The translations under genes and the position numbers were made by a program. From Candidatus Binatus sp. (GTDB taxonomy: Bacteria; Desulfobacterota; Binatia; DP-6), in the NCBI GenBank assembly GCA_035476275.1, contig DATILR010000440.1, positions 1,284 to 65,283 of the forward strand: 64,000 bases of DNA, given 5' to 3'. Position 1 is the first letter of the stretch. Every line of letters starts with the position of its first letter. Under the pieces are notes generated by a model. That model did no database searches. It was given only the letters and a program-made list of their open reading frames with translations, and was not told where the DNA came from. Positions 60,363-64,000 of the stretch are shown here, one piece after another.

Positions 60363-61441
60363 GGGCGGAACCCGTCGTCGTGGCGGTGACAACCGAGGCA
60401 GGAGTACGTGAAATGCGGCGAGCCGGTGCCGTCCATACGATAGTGGTTCGTCGTCGTGTGGCAGGTCTCGCAGACGCCGGTGCCCGGCGCCGAGGCGCTG
60501 GCAAAGCTGCCGTCGGCCAGGCCGGTGAGGTTGTCGAACACGATCGGCTTGTCGGCGCCGCTCGGCGTGGTGATCGTCTCACGCACGAGCTTGATGTTGC
60601 TCGAGCCATGCGGGTCGTGGCACTGCACGCACGGCAGCGCCACCCCGTTCGGCGCGTGGGTCTGTGTCGACGGATGACAGGTCTGGCAGGCCTCGATCGC
60701 ACGGTGGCCCGGACCCGGCGTCGGATTCTGTTCGGCGTGACAGGTCGTGCAGGTCTGGGGTGCGTGGCCGCTCGGCATCGCGTGCCTCGCCGCCTCGTCC
60801 TGATGGCAGAGCATGCAGTTGTCTTCGGTGGCGACGGGCGCGAACGCCTGCGTGTGGTCGTGGCAGAGAGGGCAGTTTTCACTGAAGTGGGAATCGCCGT
60901 GGCCGCTCGCGGGATAGAAATCGGTCTTGCGGTGACAGACCTCGCACATGCCGCTGCCGGGATCGGTCGGGCTCGCCAGCCCGCCCGGCGCCAGGCCGGC
61001 ATCGACCGTGAAACTCATGTCGTAGAGGTGCTGCCGCCACCGCACCAGGTTGCGCACCAGATGGAGGTTCGCGGTGCCGTGGGGGTCGTGGCAGTTGAGG
61101 CAGGTGCGTGTCTGTCGGCGGCCTCGCTGACCGGCGGTCTTGGCGGGATGCCCGTGGACGTCATCGTGGCAGTCGGCGCAGTTCGGGATCGTGCGGTGGC
61201 GCTGGCCGACGTGGCCCGGCCGGCGATCGCCGTGGCAGGCGATGCAGTCGAGCGCGGCAGCGTGGCCGGCAGGGAACGTGTAGGCCAGCGCCAGGTCGTA
61301 GTGGCAGCTCCCGCACACGCCGGCGCCGGGCGGTGGCGCAGTCTGGGCGGCCGCGCTGCGCGGTATGGGCACACCCATTCCGGCGAGCAGTGCGACCAGC
61401 CTGACCCATGCGGCCAGGCTTCTGTGTTCCCGGACCGGCAT
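60359..61441 (-). CDS. Dodecaheme c-type cytochrome (360 aa, 12 CxxCH), signal peptide
   Basis: Twelve CxxCH motifs (CGSCH, CIACH, CADCH, CLNCH, CEVCH, CPLCH, CMLCH, CTTCH, CQTCH, CVQCH, CETCH, CLGCH). N-terminal signal peptide (LAAWVRLVALLAGMGVPIPRSAAAQ). Confidence 0.85.
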   Translation of the reverse strand: MPVREHRSLAAWVRLVALLAGMGVPIPRSAAAQTAPPPGAGVCGSCHYDLALAYTFPAGHAAALDCIACHGDRRPGHVGQRHRTIPNCADCHDDVHGHPAKTAGQRGRRQTRTCLNCHDPHGTANLHLVRNLVRWRQHLYDMSFTVDAGLAPGGLASPTDPGSGMCEVCHRKTDFYPASGHGDSHFSENCPLCHDHTQAFAPVATEDNCMLCHQDEAARHAMPSGHAPQTCTTCHAEQNPTPGPGHRAIEACQTCHPSTQTHAPNGVALPCVQCHDPHGSSNIKLVRETITTPSGADKPIVFDNLTGLADGSFASASAPGTGVCETCHTTTNHYRMDGTGSPHFTYSCLGCHRHDDGFRP

Positions 61442-61455
61442 GCGATCTCGGATCT

Positions 61456-64000
61456 TCAGGGCAACGCGTTCGCGTGTACCGTCGACACGGCGAAGGTCCT
61501 ACCCTCACCGTGACAGGTGGCGCACGCTTCGACTCCCCCCGGTGCGGTGTTCGTTGCCGCGTGGGCCGCGGTGCTCGCAGCGTCGTGACAGCTAAGGCAG
61601 GCATCCTGGATCGGCGGAGTCGACCCCACCGGCGTATCCACGCCCGCCATGATCTCGGACTGCCGGGTCGGCAACACGTCCGGCGGTAACGGCAACAGCT
61701 GGGTCTCCGGCATGTGGCACTGCTCGCAGTCGGCCCGGGTGCCGGGGAAGCGGACCTCGCCGAAGTTGTTCACCGAGCCGTTGAATCCGTAGACGACGTA
61801 CGGCTGCTCGGTCAGCATCTCGCCCGTGTGGACCTTGTGGAGCAGGTGCTTGAGCACGATGGGCTCCGTGGCCGGGTCGGCACCGCTGACGCCGATCCGC
61901 CGCGCGACGTCGGTCATGTTCGGGTTGTGGCACACCACGCAGTACTCGACGCGGTTGCGCAGGTTGCCGTGAACGCTGAAGCCCTGGGAGAAGACCCCGT
62001 GACACGAGGCGCATTTCGCCTGGTCCACCACCGCACGACGCGGGACGACGGCGGAGGCGTCGACGCTGAAGTCGCGCACCACGTTCTGGATCGCCTCCTG
62101 CACGGTCTGCCCGTTGATCGTGACGTTGCGTCGGGCTTCCATGCCGACGCGCCAGGTTCCCGTGCCGCCGGCGGGAATGCCGTTGGCCACCGTCGTCGTG
62201 TAGGTGAACACGCCGCTGCCGTCGGGACCCGTGAGCGTCCCGTCCGCGCTGCTGCCGATGATGGCTGGGGTGGTCACGGGTGGTATCAGAGCGCCGAAGT
62301 CGCTCGATGGGCCGCTGATAGCGAGCGCCAGGGTGCTCAGACCGGCGAGGCTCGTGAGCGGTGTCCCCGCGTCATCGGTCAGGCGGAACGTCACGGTGAC
62401 TGCCCCGCCCGGGCTGCCGCTCGCGGAGAGCAGCTCGCCTACCAGGCCGGTGAGCTGCATCGAGCGCTGCGGCACCGTGTGCGCGCCCGCCACGGAGAGG
62501 CCGAACTCGGATCCGCTCGGTACGTGGCAGAGCGTCGCACAGAAGGCCTCCGGCTGGGGGCCGGCGGCGTGGTTCTTTCCCGGAGGCCCGGCCGCCGTCG
62601 ACATCTCGCTCGGATTCACGTTGTCGTGGCAGCCCGTGCACGCCGAGGTGGAAGCCTTCGCGAGGTGATCGCCGGCCGTGGCGCCCTGGCCGTGGCACAC
62701 CGCGCAGGTCCGGATGTCCTGCGGGAAGCCGACGCCCGTGACGGTCGTCCCCGTGCAGGTGCCGTTCGGGCAGTCGCCGTCGGTGCTGCAGGGCACGCCG
62801 GCCAGCGCGCCGCCGGCGCAGGCGCTGACCTTCTCGGCGAAAACCGCCGGCGAGCGGCCGATGATCTCGTACTTGGCGCCGAGCGCTCCGTTGACGACGC
62901 TCGGCAGGTTCTTCCCGTGATGGATCCGGTGGATCATCTGCTGCAGCTCGAGCGAGTTGCCGCTCTCGGGGTCGAAGCCCTGGTCGGTGTGACAGAGCTG
63001 GCAGAGGCCGACCTCGCGCCGTCCCCCGCCGTGCTCGGCCAGCGGGTCATGGCAGCCGTTGCATTGCGCCGTGGTGGTGACCTCGCGGACGGTAGAAACG
63101 GCCCCGCCGGCCGGCACGAAGTGGAACAGCGGGTTCGCGTACAGCGTCCGCGTTGGGAGGCTGCGCTCGATCTGGCCCCCGACGGTGTGCGTGGCCGTGG
63201 CGGGGAAGCCGGCGGGCAGGGCGGTGGCGAAGGTGTACGTGTAGATCCCCCTCATGGCGTCCACCGTGGCGAGCGAGCCGCCGCTGTCGTATCCGGGCTG
63301 ACCGGGCGTCGGCACGATGTAGTTCCGGTAGCGCGTGAAGGCGACGGTGTTGCTCTCGGTCGTCGTGGCATCGACGTCGAGATGCGCGATGGTGAACCGG
63401 ACGCGCGCCTGCGACGGGTCGGAGGTCGAGGCCGTGGAGGGGACGAGCGGGACTCCCTCGGCATCGGTCAGGGTGAAGGTGATCGTGACGACGCCCCCCG
63501 CGCTCACCGTGGCGCCCGTGATCTGCGAGGTCAGACCGGCGCCGGGGGGGCCCGGCGGGATGGTGGTGAGCGTCGTGCTGGTCGTGGTAGTCACCGTCGT
63601 GGTCGTTGGCCCGCCGGCGACGGTGGTCGGGACGCAGGTGAGCTTGTAGGTGTCCGAGTCGGTCGTCCCGCCCGCCTTGGCGACGGCTTTCACCGTCACC
63701 TGCCTGGCCGGCACGACGCCCTTCTTGTTGGGTCCCGCGAGCGGGACGGAGAGGAGCGCCGTCGGCGAGCACACCGTCGCGTCGGTCGGCAGCGGCACGG
63801 CGGCCAGCGCTGCCTCCAGCGGTGAGGTGTCGATCGACGAGGATTGCTTCACCGTGGCTTGATTCACCAGACGGGGCTGACAGCTGCGCGTCGGCTGGTT
63901 CAGACAGAAGCTCACCGCGAACAGACAGACGCCGTTGCGGTGTCCGTCGAAATCGCAGACGTCGCCGTCCGCACAGGAGATGCCCTTCGGCGTCTTGCCG
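61456..64000 (-). CDS. Large multiheme c-type cytochrome (at least 9 CxxCH plus one CxxxCH), N-terminus beyond the window edge
   Basis: The frame is open from 64000 to the stop at 61456; the tool's start at 63915 is just the first GTG. Heme motifs: CNGCH, CQLCH, CAVCH, CTGCH, CATLCH (CX3CH), CASCH, CVVCH, CEQCH, CLSCH, CATCH. A Thr-rich linker (PTTTTVTTTTSTTLTT) separates an N-terminal Cys-containing region from the heme domain. Confidence 0.8.
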   Translation of the reverse strand, partial: GKTPKGISCADGDVCDFDGHRNGVCLFAVSFCLNQPTRSCQPRLVNQATVKQSSSIDTSPLEAALAAVPLPTDATVCSPTALLSVPLAGPNKKGVVPARQVTVKAVAKAGGTTDSDTYKLTCVPTTVAGGPTTTTVTTTTSTTLTTIPPGPPGAGLTSQITGATVSAGGVVTITFTLTDAEGVPLVPSTASTSDPSQARVRFTIAHLDVDATTTESNTVAFTRYRNYIVPTPGQPGYDSGGSLATVDAMRGIYTYTFATALPAGFPATATHTVGGQIERSLPTRTLYANPLFHFVPAGGAVSTVREVTTTAQCNGCHDPLAEHGGGRREVGLCQLCHTDQGFDPESGNSLELQQMIHRIHHGKNLPSVVNGALGAKYEIIGRSPAVFAEKVSACAGGALAGVPCSTDGDCPNGTCTGTTVTGVGFPQDIRTCAVCHGQGATAGDHLAKASTSACTGCHDNVNPSEMSTAAGPPGKNHAAGPQPEAFCATLCHVPSGSEFGLSVAGAHTVPQRSMQLTGLVGELLSASGSPGGAVTVTFRLTDDAGTPLTSLAGLSTLALAISGPSSDFGALIPPVTTPAIIGSSADGTLTGPDGSGVFTYTTTVANGIPAGGTGTWRVGMEARRNVTINGQTVQEAIQNVVRDFSVDASAVVPRRAVVDQAKCASCHGVFSQGFSVHGNLRNRVEYCVVCHNPNMTDVARRIGVSGADPATEPIVLKHLLHKVHTGEMLTEQPYVVYGFNGSVNNFGEVRFPGTRADCEQCHMPETQLLPLPPDVLPTRQSEIMAGVDTPVGSTPPIQDACLSCHDAASTAAHAATNTAPGGVEACATCHGEGRTFAVSTVHANALP

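Noticed and set aside
57376-63825. Long plus-strand ORFs (420, 276, 292, 534 and 703 aa) across the porin and cytochrome genes
   Set aside because: Antisense to genes with unmistakable CxxCH arrays and an OMP beta-signal. Their translations are Arg/Gly/Ala-rich with no heme motifs or signals.

Overview
This is a high-GC (about 70%) bacterial chromosomal segment with dense coding on both strands, GGAGG-type ribosome-binding sites, and frequent ATGA/GTGA stop-start overlaps. I can support about 57 protein-coding genes, two tRNA genes (both on the minus strand) and two gene-fragment pseudogenes. There is no rRNA, no CRISPR array and no intact mobile element.

The main content, left to right:
- 1-5.2 kb: a solitary CusA/CzcA-type heavy-metal RND pump (1161-4280) and a nitroreductase.
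- 7.2-10.2 kb: tRNA-Arg, followed by a small lower-GC islet holding a transposase C-terminal remnant and several small ORFs.
- 10.2-13.7 kb: a polar amino-acid ABC transporter (ATPase plus a fused binding-protein/permease) co-transcribed with an unusual P-loop-kinase fusion protein.
- 16.7-23.6 kb: an AddB-AddA helicase-nuclease pair with a CDGSH iron-sulfur protein.
- 24-29 kb: tRNA-Ser, a macro-domain protein and ClpB, followed by an orphan sensor histidine kinase.
- 31.8-34.2 kb: a translationally coupled operon of an LplA-like lipoate-ligase homolog, a HEAT-repeat protein and a CAP/YkwD secreted protein.
- 34-46 kb: an extracellular/envelope cluster with a lysyl-oxidase-like copper amine oxidase, a membrane-embedded spermidine-synthase-like protein, a 998-aa S8 protease, a second orphan histidine kinase, a PHM/DBH-like type-II copper monooxygenase and an FAD-linked oxidase.
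- 50.5-52.7 kb: an arsR-aqpS-arsC-methyltransferase arsenic operon.
- 57.4-64.0 kb: the most striking locus, an MtrAB/PioAB-like porin-cytochrome extracellular electron-transfer module. It comprises an outer-membrane beta-barrel, a 314-aa decaheme, a 360-aa dodecaheme and a large (at least 10-heme) cytochrome that runs off the window edge.

The many long ORFs antisense to real genes are high-GC artefacts and were rejected. No taxonomic assignment can be made from this sequence alone.
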